Shown: positions 10,401-20,200 of the stretch, in pieces | Layout: each line of letters starts with the position of its first letter | How positions within the stretch are numbered: position 1 is the stretch's first letter | Assembly (NCBI GenBank): GCA_965222075.1 | Contig: OZ244937.1 | Coordinates: 3,083,670-3,147,669, forward strand | DNA: 64,000 nt | Direction: 5' to 3' | From: Candidatus Latescibacterota bacterium | Lineage (GTDB): Bacteria > Latescibacterota > UBA2968 > GCA-2709665 | Program-made: the position numbers and the translations under genes | Notes under the pieces: generated by a model | The model's database searches: none | Told to the model about the DNA's origin: nothing | What the model saw: only the letters and a program-made list of their open reading frames with translations

Positions 10401-10711
10401 ATCTTGCTTGTGTAATCGACCGCAACGGTTACACTCCGCTTCGTCACATTCGTATACCCCACCAGCGACGCGGTGAGGGCATACGCCTCTGGGTCCACCG
10501 ACACGATCACGTAGTAGCCGTCCGCATCGGTAATCGCGCCCCGCTGCGTGCCCTCAATCACCACGCTGGCCCCCGGCAGAGGTTCGCCGTCTGCGCCGGT
10601 CACCCGCCCGACGATCTTCCCCGTCGTGCCCGCAAAGGCGCCCGTGGTGCACACAACCAGCGCTAAAACCAATATCCCGATAAAAACAAATACACGCCTG
10701 TTTTCGTTCAT
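7466..10711 (-). CDS. TonB-dependent outer-membrane receptor with N-terminal carboxypeptidase-regulatory-like domain
   Basis: 1081 aa. Signal peptide, CarbopepD_reg-like N-terminus (GKIVGRVTGADGEPLPGASVVIEGTQRGAITDADGYYVI), plug and barrel regions, C-terminal F. Confidence 0.85.
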   Translation of the reverse strand: MNENRRVFVFIGILVLALVVCTTGAFAGTTGKIVGRVTGADGEPLPGASVVIEGTQRGAITDADGYYVIVSVDPEAYALTASLVGYTNVTKRSVTVAVDYTSKIDFTLKEKAIEAAEIVVTAERPPVEIDKTSTRYLVSADEIKQLPVVKTTTEFISLQPGVDQAGTFSIRGGDITDGRAPRGQTSSDRGTDAVVLIDGVRVTGKDGHGAVLFAGVNKSAVQQISIETGVMPAEYGDAQAGTISIVTQDGGRDYHGWTEVNFEPAGKKHWGSNVYDSPIHLDHMRWDDPEWLAETDSKTGRIIHVRENYTGWSGYTAEGSLTGPIGPKASFLVSARHAHRAARIPSPESHGFYDDRGGYINAPNNIQGSASLTLRPADNIKVKAGMILHRYTAWNMETTRRLGGTGRGMSGNGRNIFLPTNWSYTGQYRHTDNLGYVTFTHTLSPKTFYEVRFGRSATLQDTLNAHLVTANPRRDRDGWFNLDGQIGSWVNSDRKRWSFKVDLASQISRGHFIKTGIELIRYDAWYIFWLMRSKSEVWLHHYSGGDKPWALKSPAHPIRAAYYVQDKMEFQGLIVNLGVRVDFQIHRHEEPIDAAVNYAPMWRTFTNRHFLYGEGSASGVDVSGGLVDKAPTQVVFSPRLGISHPVTDRMKIHFSLGRFIQWPDLFNIYSKSYRNYGSIASNGLPWRDVNGNGEMDSTEFLNATETKYSGLDGWTRARPEETLTFEVGADWNFVADYTAGMVVFYRSETQQHTYQSNQRWEGPKRGRRYVRETTNGVGGYAKGFEVSVGKRLSTYFSFRAGWASMWTANGRMGLGQAGQRLYPGVSFITSPEFWYAFTPNADGSETPVPLTEAEKVEFSADAARVVRSAVDPDRFLTQSWPKNEAPAPNGRDFWYVGRFGDVGDREFYTDYRNHAGTARGPLGGRGGEKVGGRIGQANVQFVLNTPSNVQLGPRVTSWLVSDLQANMLWRLRTGRRFTWRPTGGQQKVGKGPINTRVDLSVEKTFNTKGRVRPSFFVEARNLFNQADDEDNATNSRGVNYMRFGLTDPNPDDKNLLNYGDLTEASKVYEPRQTHFGIRVIF

Positions 10712-10830
10712 CGCTCAGTCCTCTCTATTTATGAGAGTATAGAACCATCCGTTTGAAGCCTCCCAACAACCACCCCATATCGCTGTTGTTCCAGGCATCC
10801 CTCCTTACAGTGGGGCGGAAATGATTGTTC

Positions 10831-11532
10831 TCAGTAGTGCCGTATCGTGGTGTCAAAATGGTCTTCAACTGCCCGCCGCATCGCGACCGGATCCCGGGCC
10901 TCCAGTGTCAGAAAGATGCGTTCGTGGCTTTTGAAAAGCGCCACATCCATCACCCGGCTGCTGTCCCACCCTTCCCGAAAAGCCCCAATGGTAATCTCGA
11001 GCAGCCCCCTCCCCAGAGCCTGCATCGACGGGTTCCCCACAACGTCGTAGATCGCAAAGTGAAACGCCCAGTCGTGTGTCAAAAAATCAACCGGCTGCTC
11101 TAACGTACGCCGCATCGCTTCAACGTGTTGCCCCAGGACCGCCAGATGGTCTTCATCAATACACTCGCTCACGATCTCCACGCATCCCAGGTCCATTGCC
11201 CGTCGCAATTCAACCATATCCAGAACGGTCTTCCGGTCCACAGTGGGATGAAAGGACAGAAATTGAAAAAACGCATCCGTATCGAAAGCCCGTACCGTAA
11301 TTCCGTGCTTGGGCCGGGATTCCAGAATACCCATCGCCTCCAGAATCTTGACCGCTTCTCGCACCGAAGACCGGCTCACCCCAAACCCTTCCGCCATCTC
11401 CCGTTCCGTGGGCAGCCTGTCTCCCGGCGTCAGTCCCATCTCTGAGATATGGTTCTTAATCGCCCGGATAATCCGGTGGCTCAGGTTGACTCTCTCAATG
11501 GTCCTCAACAAAAAATGGCATCCCCGGTTCAA
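10831..11532 (-). CDS. GntR family transcriptional regulator (FadR/FCD subfamily)
   Basis: N-terminal wHTH (GDRLPTEREMAEGFGVSRSSVREAVKILEAMGIL) plus a C-terminal FCD-type helical ligand domain. Confidence 0.85.
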   Translation of the reverse strand: MNRGCHFLLRTIERVNLSHRIIRAIKNHISEMGLTPGDRLPTEREMAEGFGVSRSSVREAVKILEAMGILESRPKHGITVRAFDTDAFFQFLSFHPTVDRKTVLDMVELRRAMDLGCVEIVSECIDEDHLAVLGQHVEAMRRTLEQPVDFLTHDWAFHFAIYDVVGNPSMQALGRGLLEITIGAFREGWDSSRVMDVALFKSHERIFLTLEARDPVAMRRAVEDHFDTTIRHY

Positions 11533-11762
11533 TCTGCGGAAATTATAAGTTTCTACAAAACAAATACTTTCAATCTGAATTTTAACTCATAGAAAGATTT
11601 ATGGTATTATGGTCCGACCAATTTTAATATATCTCCATTTCCATCCTCCTGTCAAGCCTTTTTTTGGCGTTCCTGTTGATGCCCGCAACTCAGCTTAGCG
11701 GGATCGGGGGTTCTACGCGACCTACTTTGAAGACCTGAAACTGCTTCCATAATTCGGGACGC

Positions 11763-13217
11763 TCAGGGAAAAAACGCCTTCCGGGGCACCAGCCGCTCCG
11801 GATTTTTCTCGTACCCGCGCTTCCACATCTCATCAGCAAGCTGTCCACTCTCCATCAGCTCCCGCTTGCGTGCCCGCTGGTCCGCCTTGGCCCGCGCGTC
11901 GATCGCTTCGGGGCAGCAGATCCGGTAAAGCATCCGCTGCATCCTTTCCTGTACCTGGGGGGCCTCTCTTCGCTCCATCACCAGATCGTGCATCTCGTGC
12001 GGGTCTTCCTCCAGGTCGAACAGCATCGGCCGCTCCCCCACACATTCGATATACTTGTACGGTCCCGAACGGATCGCGAACAGGCTGCCCGGATATCCGG
12101 CCCCGTGGTACTCGCACAGGGCGAAACCCGGCCCGGGCGCATCCTCCTCTCCCCGGATCAACCTTAGAAGGGACGTTCCCCGCATCTCCACCGGCAGATC
12201 CAGCCCCACGGCTTCGCAAAGCGTGGGAAACACATCCAGCATCGAAACCACTGCAGATTCGGCCTCCCCGGCCCGAACCCCGGGACCGGAGAACATCAGG
12301 GGTGGGCGGATCGACTCTTCGTACATCGCCCCGTGGTCGAAATTCCGGTGTTCTCCGCAGGTTCCCCCGTGGTCCGACGCGTACACAACCAGCGTCTCCT
12401 CCCGCAGCCCCGTCTCCTCCAGGGCCTGCAACACCTGCCCCACATGCCGGTCCAGCATCTCGCAGGACGCGTGGTACCCCACCAGTGCCCGCCGCATCTC
12501 CTCGGGCGTTAGCAACTCCCCGACGTGGTGGCGGCCGTAGATCCGGTGGTAGGGGTGCAGGCGCGATCGGTCTTCGGTGAACCGCTCATCCAGACCCTCA
12601 AGCCTGACCAGAGGATCGTAGTGGTCCCACAGCTCCCGGGGCGGGTTCCAGGGCCGGTGGTGGTCGTTGAGATTCACCATCAGAATCCAGGGTCGGTCTG
12701 CCGGCCGGCCGTCCTTCAACCACCGGACCGCCGTCTCCGCCACTTCTCTATCCCCGGCATACGCATCCAGCGAATCCGCAGGCCCTGTCGCCCGGTGCTT
12801 GTGCAGCAGGTCGTACCGCGGCAGAATCTCCTGCGCGCGAAAAAGCGAGTGGATGTCCAGCTTATCCCGGTGCGTGGCCAGGTGCGTCTCTTCAACCCCG
12901 TGCTCGGCCCCGGGCTGAAAATCCAGCTTCCCGATCGTGGCCAGACGAACCCCCTGCTCCGCGAAATAGTGGCCCCACCCTCGAGGAACGCCCCCATACG
13001 CAAACACATTGTCCCACACCCCGGTCTCGTGCACATAACGCCCGGTCATCATCGCCGTCCGGGTGGGCGAACAAATCGGACTCAGACAGTACGCACACTC
13101 AAACCGCACCCCCCGTTCGGCCATGCTGTCGATATGCGGCGTCCGGGTAATCGGGCTCCCATAACAACCGGCGAACTCCTTGTTGTGCTGGTCGCTCAGA
13201 ATGTAGAGAACGTTCAT
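11763..13217 (-). CDS. Sulfatase (formylglycine-dependent arylsulfatase / choline-sulfatase-like), no signal peptide
   Basis: C-S-P-T-R formylglycine motif (SPICSPTRTAMMTGRY). N-terminus MNVLYILSDQHN is typical of a sulfatase core. Longer upstream ORF extension is rejected in favour of the Met preceding the conserved core. Confidence 0.8.
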   Translation of the reverse strand: MNVLYILSDQHNKEFAGCYGSPITRTPHIDSMAERGVRFECAYCLSPICSPTRTAMMTGRYVHETGVWDNVFAYGGVPRGWGHYFAEQGVRLATIGKLDFQPGAEHGVEETHLATHRDKLDIHSLFRAQEILPRYDLLHKHRATGPADSLDAYAGDREVAETAVRWLKDGRPADRPWILMVNLNDHHRPWNPPRELWDHYDPLVRLEGLDERFTEDRSRLHPYHRIYGRHHVGELLTPEEMRRALVGYHASCEMLDRHVGQVLQALEETGLREETLVVYASDHGGTCGEHRNFDHGAMYEESIRPPLMFSGPGVRAGEAESAVVSMLDVFPTLCEAVGLDLPVEMRGTSLLRLIRGEEDAPGPGFALCEYHGAGYPGSLFAIRSGPYKYIECVGERPMLFDLEEDPHEMHDLVMERREAPQVQERMQRMLYRICCPEAIDARAKADQRARKRELMESGQLADEMWKRGYEKNPERLVPRKAFFP

Positions 13218-13491
13218 GTCCTCAACTCCCTCAGGCGAATGTTCCGATACGCCCACCGGCCCGTGGTCCCCCTGCAGCACCACAGAACGATATTCGGTCG
13301 CTCCGGCATAACGCGCTCCGTAAAAAAAGTGTTGCGTATTCCAAATTTTTACATAGATTTATACGTTCTGCAGATATTCAGGTATTGTTTCCAAAACCTC
13401 TAAACCGCAGAAACGCGAAGATCGCAAAGAGGAATCAATCTTCAATTTCTCTGCGTCCTCTGCGTCTCTGCGGTGAAAAAGGAAGTCCCGC

Positions 13492-14709
13492 ATGAACGAA
13501 TCGCACGACATCAATCAACTCGACAAAAAATACGCCGAAGAAGCCCCCAGCGCCGAATTTGCGGCCCTCCTGGACCAGGATGCCTCCCGCAGCTGCCGGG
13601 AACTCTCCGTAGGGGAGCGGGGCATCGGCAAGATCCAGAAAATCGAGGGCACCCACGCCTTTGTCGACTACGGCGGGCGCAGCGAAGCCGTCATCGACAT
13701 CCAGGAACTCCGGAACGACATGGGAGAACTCCTCTACACCCCCGGCGACACCATCGAAGCCTACGTCGCATCCGTCGAAGGCGAAGTCCGCTTCACCCTC
13801 TCCCTTCGCGCCGGCAGCTTCGAAATCCTCAGACAGGCCTACCAGAACGGCGTCCCCGTGGACGGGCGTGTGACCGGCTTCAACTCGGGCGGCCTCGTGG
13901 TAAACCTGGGCGGGAAACGCGCCTTCTGCCCCACCTCTCAGATCGACACAGGCTACTGCGAAGACCTCGCGTCCTACGCCAGCCAGACCCTCACCTTCAA
14001 AATCGTCGAACTCCGCAAAAACAACATCGTCCTCTCCCGGCGGGCCTATTTAGAGGCCGAAGCCGCCCGCCGTGCCCAGGAACTCCGCGCCAGGCTATCC
14101 AAAGGGGCCGAAATGGACGGCAAAGTGACCCGCGTCGAACGCTTCGGCGCCTTTGTGGACTTAGGCGGTGTCGAAGGCCTCATCCACGTCTCCGAACTCC
14201 AGCACAGCCGCGTGGGTCACCCCCGCGATGTCATCTCCACCGGAGACGAAGTAAGGGTCAAAATCCTCGAACTCAAAGGCCTCGGGGGAGACAAAGAACG
14301 CATCTCCCTCTCCATAAAAGCCCTCCAGCCCGATCCCTGGGACGACGCCCTGGACCGCTTCCGCGAGGGGGACATCGTCACCGGCAAGGTCGTCTCCATT
14401 CAGCAGTTCGGGGCCTTCGTCGAACTCCTCCCGGGCGTCGAGGGCCTCGTCCACATCTCTCAACTCGCAACCAATCGCGTCTCCCGTCCCGGCGAGGTCG
14501 TCTCGGTCGGCCAGGAGGTCCAGGCCCTCATCCAGAAGGTCGACCGCGACCAGAAACGCATCTCCCTCTCCATAAAAGCCCTCCAGCAACAGGCCAAACA
14601 GACCGCCGAGACCCAGGAGATCAAGAACTTCCAGGCCAAGCAGGAGAAAGCGCCCGAAGACAGGGGCGGCCCCATGGCCGATGCCCTCCGCCGGGCCGGA
14701 CTGATTTAA
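13492..14709 (+). CDS. S1 RNA-binding domain protein (ribosomal protein S1-like, four S1 repeats)
   Basis: 405 aa with four repeated S1 OB-fold units (G.V..G.V..F.....GAFV.L..GVEGL.HVS). AAGGAAG RBS. Confidence 0.7.
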   Translation: MNESHDINQLDKKYAEEAPSAEFAALLDQDASRSCRELSVGERGIGKIQKIEGTHAFVDYGGRSEAVIDIQELRNDMGELLYTPGDTIEAYVASVEGEVRFTLSLRAGSFEILRQAYQNGVPVDGRVTGFNSGGLVVNLGGKRAFCPTSQIDTGYCEDLASYASQTLTFKIVELRKNNIVLSRRAYLEAEAARRAQELRARLSKGAEMDGKVTRVERFGAFVDLGGVEGLIHVSELQHSRVGHPRDVISTGDEVRVKILELKGLGGDKERISLSIKALQPDPWDDALDRFREGDIVTGKVVSIQQFGAFVELLPGVEGLVHISQLATNRVSRPGEVVSVGQEVQALIQKVDRDQKRISLSIKALQQQAKQTAETQEIKNFQAKQEKAPEDRGGPMADALRRAGLI

Positions 14710-14857
14710 AAGAAATTGTAGAATGCGGATTGCGGAATAAAAGACGTTCAATCCGCAATCCAGGGAGGGGAGACGATCCGGTGAGCCGGAGGCGGGCCTG
14801 CGCAGACAGGCGTTAGCCAATCGTCCGGAGAGGGGCAATGACTCTGCCCCCGATAAA

Positions 14858-15211
14858 ATGCCCCAATCACCCGCCTGCGGAACCGATCTGGAAACCCTCC
14901 AAAAAGAAGTCGAAGTCCACACCTTCCGGGGCAGTGGGCCAGGGGGCCAGCACCGAAACAAGGTGGAAAGCGCCGTCCGGCTGGTCCACATCCCCTCCGG
15001 CATCACCGTGGTCGCATCCGACTACCGGCTGCAGGGCCGCAACCGGGACCTGGCCTTCCAGCGGCTCCGGGAAAAGCTCATCCGACGAAACCGAAAGCCC
15101 AAGCCCCGCATCGCCACAAAACCCTCCCGGGCGGCAAGGGCCAGACGCTTAGAGCAAAAACGCCAGCAGGCTCGAAAAAAGGCCTTTCGGCGGCGCATAT
15201 TTACGGAATAA
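14858..15211 (+). CDS. arfB: Peptidyl-tRNA hydrolase ArfB-like ribosome rescue factor (GGQ domain)
   Basis: 117 aa. SGPGGQHRNK GGQ motif plus basic C-terminal tail (RRNRKPKPRIATKPSRAARARR...). Confidence 0.75.
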   Translation: MPQSPACGTDLETLQKEVEVHTFRGSGPGGQHRNKVESAVRLVHIPSGITVVASDYRLQGRNRDLAFQRLREKLIRRNRKPKPRIATKPSRAARARRLEQKRQQARKKAFRRRIFTE

Positions 15212-15217
15212 AAAAGG

Positions 15218-16255
15218 CTACAAGTCGCTGTACCCTGCCTTAAAATGGTCGAACCCTGACATTTCCAGTTCCTTCCGCCCCCCTTCAACATCTTCTAAAA
15301 AAATCGTCGCCTCCCCCGCCTCAATCCGTCCAATCGGACAGATCGCTGGCAAGTCCTCCCACGCTTTAAGCGCCTCGACCCGCTCGGCCCGCTCGGGGTC
15401 CACCGTAAACAGCAGCTCATAGTCTTCCCCTCCCGAAAGCGCCGGGAACAGGGGGTCGGTCTCCGTAGCCTCACAGAAGGCCCGAAGAGCCGGTGAGAGC
15501 GGCACTGCGTCGGCTGCAACCACCGCCGACACCCCGCTCTGCTTGCAGACGTGCCGCAGGTCCGAAGCGGCTCCATCCGAAAGGTCGATCATCGCCGTCA
15601 CCGCGCCGGTTGCCGCAAGCGCCTGCCCCAGAGCGACCCTCGGCTTCGGCCGGTGGTGCCGGCGCAGCAGAAACGCCCTATCTTCTTCTGAAATCTCCAC
15701 ATCCTCTCCCAGCGTCAGCTTCAGCCCCGCCGCCGAATCCCCCAGCGTGCCCGAAACATAAACCAGGTCTCCAGGTCGCGCACCCGAACGGTAGCGCACC
15801 CGATCCCTCGCCATCTCCCCGGTCAGCGTCAGATTCAGCACCAGCGGCCCCGGGCTGCGTGTGGTATCCCCCCCGGCCACGTTCACCCCGAACCGCGAGG
15901 CGCATGCATGCAACCCGTTGTAGACCCGCTCCATATACCCCGCATCGAAATCGGCCGGAATCGCGGCCGAAACCACCGCATCGCGCGGTTCTCCCCCCAT
16001 CGCGGCGACATCCGAGAGATTCACTGCCAGCAGCTTGTACCCCAACCCCTCAAGCGCCGTCGCCGCCACTAAAAAGTGGACCTCCTCCACCATCAGGTCC
16101 GCCGTTACAAGCAGCGCCCTCTCCTCCCCCAGTTCAAAAACCGCGCAGTCGTCCCCGATCCCGCACAGCACCCCCTCCTCCCGCACCAGCCCGTGACGTG
16201 CAATACGGTCGATAAACCCCAACTCGCCCAGGTCTTTAAAAGTAGGCACACACAC
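15218..16255 (-). CDS. thiL: Thiamine-monophosphate kinase
   Basis: PurM-like fold motifs GIGDDCAV, LLAVNLSDVAAMGGEP, GGDTT, GGEDYELLFTV match ThiL. Confidence 0.75.
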   Translation of the reverse strand: MCVPTFKDLGELGFIDRIARHGLVREEGVLCGIGDDCAVFELGEERALLVTADLMVEEVHFLVAATALEGLGYKLLAVNLSDVAAMGGEPRDAVVSAAIPADFDAGYMERVYNGLHACASRFGVNVAGGDTTRSPGPLVLNLTLTGEMARDRVRYRSGARPGDLVYVSGTLGDSAAGLKLTLGEDVEISEEDRAFLLRRHHRPKPRVALGQALAATGAVTAMIDLSDGAASDLRHVCKQSGVSAVVAADAVPLSPALRAFCEATETDPLFPALSGGEDYELLFTVDPERAERVEALKAWEDLPAICPIGRIEAGEATIFLEDVEGGRKELEMSGFDHFKAGYSDL

Positions 16256-16322
16256 CCCTTTCTCTCAGCCACCTAATCAGTCCCGAGTCTCAGGTCCCAA
16301 GGCCCGGGTCCCTCCCTTCCCC

Positions 16323-17111
16323 TCAGCTTCTGTCTTTTGACTCCTGACTTTCCTCCTTCCTCTGCCATTCCACCACCTCCCGATACGCCACATCGCCCCC
16401 GAAAATATCCAGCGCGCTCCCGATCGTCAGATCCACCCGGCCCTTCCCCAGCGCCTTCACCCGGTCCAGATCGTCCAGACTCCGGGCGCCTCCTGCGTAC
16501 GTCACGGGGATCGGCGACCAGGCCTCCAGTGCCTTCACCAGCGCCTCCTCGATCCCCACCCGCCGGCCCTCCACATCCACGCCGTGCACCAGGAATTTGT
16601 CGCAGTACCGGGCCAGCCGGGCCAGGGTCTCGCGGGTCACCTCCACCTGCGTAAACCGCTGCCACCGGTCGGTCACCACCACATAGGCCTCGCCCCGCCG
16701 CCGGCAGCTCAGGTCCAGCACCAGCCGCCTCCGCCCCACCCTCGTCGCCATCCCGTTGAGCCGGTCGGTATCGACCCGGCCCTCCCGGAAGACGTAGGAC
16801 GTCACAATCACGTGGCTGGCTCCCGCATCCAGGTAGCGCCCTGCGTTCGCCGGCGTAATCCCGCCCCCCACCTGCAACCCGCCCGGATAGGCCGCCAGCG
16901 CGGCAAGCGCCTCGGCCTCATTCCCCTTCCCCAGCATAATCACGTGCCCCCCGCGCAGGCCGTCCACCCGGTACATCCGCGCGTAATCCGCAGCGGACCG
17001 CTCCGTCTCAAAATGCGTCACCGGTCCCTTCGGGTCGCCCTCCCGCAGGGAGCCCCCCACGATCTGCACGACCCGCCCCCCGCGCAGGTCGATACACGGT
17101 CTGAATCTCAT
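16323..17111 (-). CDS. hisA: Phosphoribosylformimino-AICAR-ribotide isomerase, His6/eukaryote-actinobacterial type (HisA-like TIM barrel)
   Basis: 262 aa. PCIDLRGGRVVQ N-terminus, GGGI, and a TIM-barrel phosphate-binding GG near the C-terminus are typical of the His6 family. Confidence 0.65.
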   Translation of the reverse strand: MRFRPCIDLRGGRVVQIVGGSLREGDPKGPVTHFETERSAADYARMYRVDGLRGGHVIMLGKGNEAEALAALAAYPGGLQVGGGITPANAGRYLDAGASHVIVTSYVFREGRVDTDRLNGMATRVGRRRLVLDLSCRRRGEAYVVVTDRWQRFTQVEVTRETLARLARYCDKFLVHGVDVEGRRVGIEEALVKALEAWSPIPVTYAGGARSLDDLDRVKALGKGRVDLTIGSALDIFGGDVAYREVVEWQRKEESQESKDRS

Positions 17112-17206
17112 GGGTCTCCTTTGCTGAGTGGAAACGTACTCCTCTATGGAAAAGGCCAGAGGATCTCACCCCTGGCCTTTCTGTTCGAAAGCCTCTGCCC
17201 TCCTGC

Positions 17207-20200
17207 TCAACCGTCGGCCTGAGCGCCTCTGTAAGAAACCGCCTCAGACCGGGAAAACACGGCCACAATAATTCGGCGTAGGATCATCCGGAGGTCGTCC
17301 AGATACGTATAGAAGAGCGGCACCACAAACAGGGTGAGGAACGTGGAGCAGAGCAATCCCCCCATCATCGTGCGGCCCAACGGCGCGTAGGGAATGCCGA
17401 TCAGGTTGCTGTTTCCTATGGACATCGGCAACAGCCCGAAGACCGTCGTAAAAGTGGTCATCAGGATCGGCCGGAAGCGGTTGTGCCCGGCCTCCCGGAT
17501 CGCCTCTGTCCGGTCCATGCCATCGGCCCGCAGCCGGTTGACCATATCCACCAGTACAATCGCGTTGTTCACCACCACCCCAATCAGCACAATAAGTCCG
17601 ATAGTGGCCATCATGCCAAACGGTGTATTCGTCAAAAAAAGGGTCCAGTAGACGCCTAAGAAGGCGAAAGGGATGGAAAAGAGCACCGAAAAGGGCAAAA
17701 CGAACGACTCGAAGAGCACGCCCATCAGCAGGAACACACTCACAATCGCCATCGCCAGGGCGAACCCCATCTCGTTGTCCGATTCCTTGAACTTCGCATA
17801 ACGTTCCCCCTTGTTCCAGGAGTAGCCCCGGGGCATCGCAAACCCCTCCATAGCCTGGTCGATCTCCCCGTAGAGCCCCTTCAGGTCGTCCTTGGTGGTA
17901 AACGCAAACACCCGCAGCCGGGTCTTCCCGTCTTCCCGCCGGATGGTCCCGCTGCCCTTGGCAACCGTTAAACTCGCAAACTCGGCCAGCGGGATCTCCT
18001 CTCCCGATCTGGACCGGAAGCTAAAATTCTTGAGCTGGTGCAGCGTCTGCCGGTCCACCTTTTCCAGGTAAAGCCGCGTACGGACCTCCCGCTCCCCGGA
18101 CTGGTATGGGGGCAGGTTGACCCCCCCCAATCCGTAGGCGAGGCTGCGCCCCACCAGCTGCGGCGAGATCCCGTACCTCTGCGCCCGCTCCCGGTCGATG
18201 CGCACCTGCACCTCGTCGTTCGCCCGCTCTAAGTCGGTGTCTACGCTGATCACCGACGGGATCGCCCGCAACCGCCGCTCCACCTCTTCGGTCATCCCGG
18301 CCAGCACCTCCGTATCGTTTCCGTAGAGGTAGATCGACACCGACGGATCGCCCGATCCCCTGCCCCGGCTCTGCACACCAACGCGCACCCCCACAAACTT
18401 TGGGACATGCTTTTTCAGGTCTTTGATCACCGCCTTCCGGTCCATCCGAGCGTCAACCGGATAGCCCAGCTTCGCCTGCAGATCCTTGTAGGCCACATAC
18501 CACCACGCCTCGTCCGGGTTCGCCTTCAAAAAGATGGTGAACCGCCCGTAAGTCCGCCTGAACCAGAGCCGTATTGTCCGGATGCCGTAGGCCTCCCGTT
18601 TGGTGTTCAGAAAGTCCTCCATCTCCATCAAGACATCGTAGGTTTCCAACATTGAGAAATTCCTTGGCGGATAAACCCGGATGTGGATGTCGTTGATGTT
18701 TCCCCGCGCCGAGTCCGTCCGCTTGAGCTTGCCGGACGGATAAAGGATGGTGGCGAACACCGCCAACACGATCAGAAGGGTGTCCCTCCGGTGCCTCAGC
18801 GTCCACCCCAGCGCCTGGCCGTACACCCTCCGGGCCCACCCGATCGACTTCGGGTCCTGTTTGACCCGATGCCCGCCAAACCGCACCCCGGCCAGCGGGA
18901 TAAAGAGCAGGGCCACAAACAGCGATCCGACCAGCATAATCATCACCGGCACCCCGATCCTGGACAACTGAAACGCCATCCACGCGTTGCGGCCCATCAG
19001 CATCAGAGGCAGGAACACCACCACCGTCGTCAGCGTAGCCATGATAATCGCCAGCGCCACCTCGCTCGCCCCCCGAATCGACGCCTCCCGGGGCGCCTCT
19101 CCTTTTTCCCGCATCCGATAGATATTCTCTAAGATCACAATCGCGTTGTCCACCACCATTCCCACCCCCACCATCAACCCCATCATCGTGACCATATTCA
19201 GGGACCAGTCCACAAAGTAAAGCACCATCATCGTGATCATAACACACAGCGGGATGGCCAGGGTGATAATCGCCGTCATCCGCACCGTCCGCAGGAAAAA
19301 CAGCAGCACCATCGCCGCGAAGAACCCGCCCCACAGCGCCGTATTCTGCAGATTCCGGATCGATTGCCGGATGAACTGCCCATCGTTGAAAAAGACGTTG
19401 AACGCCAGCCCGGCCGTAGCCGGCTGTGCCTCGATCCGCTCCAGCGCCTCCACCACCCGGTCGCAGATCGCCACGATGTTGCCCCCGGACTCCCGCTTGA
19501 CCTCAAGCGACGCCGCCATCCGCCCGTCGATCCGCTGGTACCCCCAGCGCGCCGGCGACACATCGTAGACCACGTCGGCGACCTCCTTCAGCCGCACCTG
19601 GCCGTTGCGGCCGCGGATTGGAATGTTCCCGATCTCTTCCAGGGTGCGGTACTTCGCCACGGACCTCACGTAGAACCGCTTCCCGTCCTCGTGCACGTAC
19701 CCCCCGGCAATCGCAAAGTTGTCCGACCGCAGCGCCTGCACCAGTTCATAGGTGTTTACGCCCCGTGAGCGCAGCCGCTCCTGATCGACTTCGACCATCA
19801 CCTCCTTCTCGTTAACGCCCCAGAAGTCGACTTTGGCCACCCCGTCGATCCGCTCTAAGGGACGCTGCACGTGGGTCTCTAAGAAACGGTACGGGTCCAC
19901 AATAGAAGAATCGATCGCCACCCCGACCCACATAATCTCCGCGTCCCCCTCCTCATTGCGCTTCCAGACAAAGGTCTTGTCCCGGGCCTCCTCCGGCAGC
20001 TGCGGCTTGAGCCGCTCCAGCCGGTCCATGACCTGGTTGTAGGCCAGCTCCATATCCGCATCTTGCCGAAACCGCAACGGCGCGCCAACGCCCCAGGTGC
20101 CGCTGTACGTCCGGATTTGCTCGATCCCCTTTACCGTCCGGAGGGTCTCCTCCAGGGGCCGAGCAATCTGCTGCTCCACCTCCTGAGGCGTGGCCCCCGG

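Noticed and set aside
14710-14790. Inverted repeat GGATTGCGG ... CCGCAATCC after the S1 gene
   Set aside because: Long 17-nt loop and no downstream U-tract; not a convincing intrinsic terminator. Left as unexplained dyad.
13473-14816. 447-aa ORF overlapping the S1-domain gene in another frame
   Set aside because: Extreme Arg/Pro composition typical of an off-frame high-GC artefact; the S1-repeat frame is the real gene.
18453-19334. 293-aa ORF inside the RND permease gene (other frame)
   Set aside because: Gly/Asp/Arg low-complexity off-frame product; the AcrB-like frame is unambiguous.
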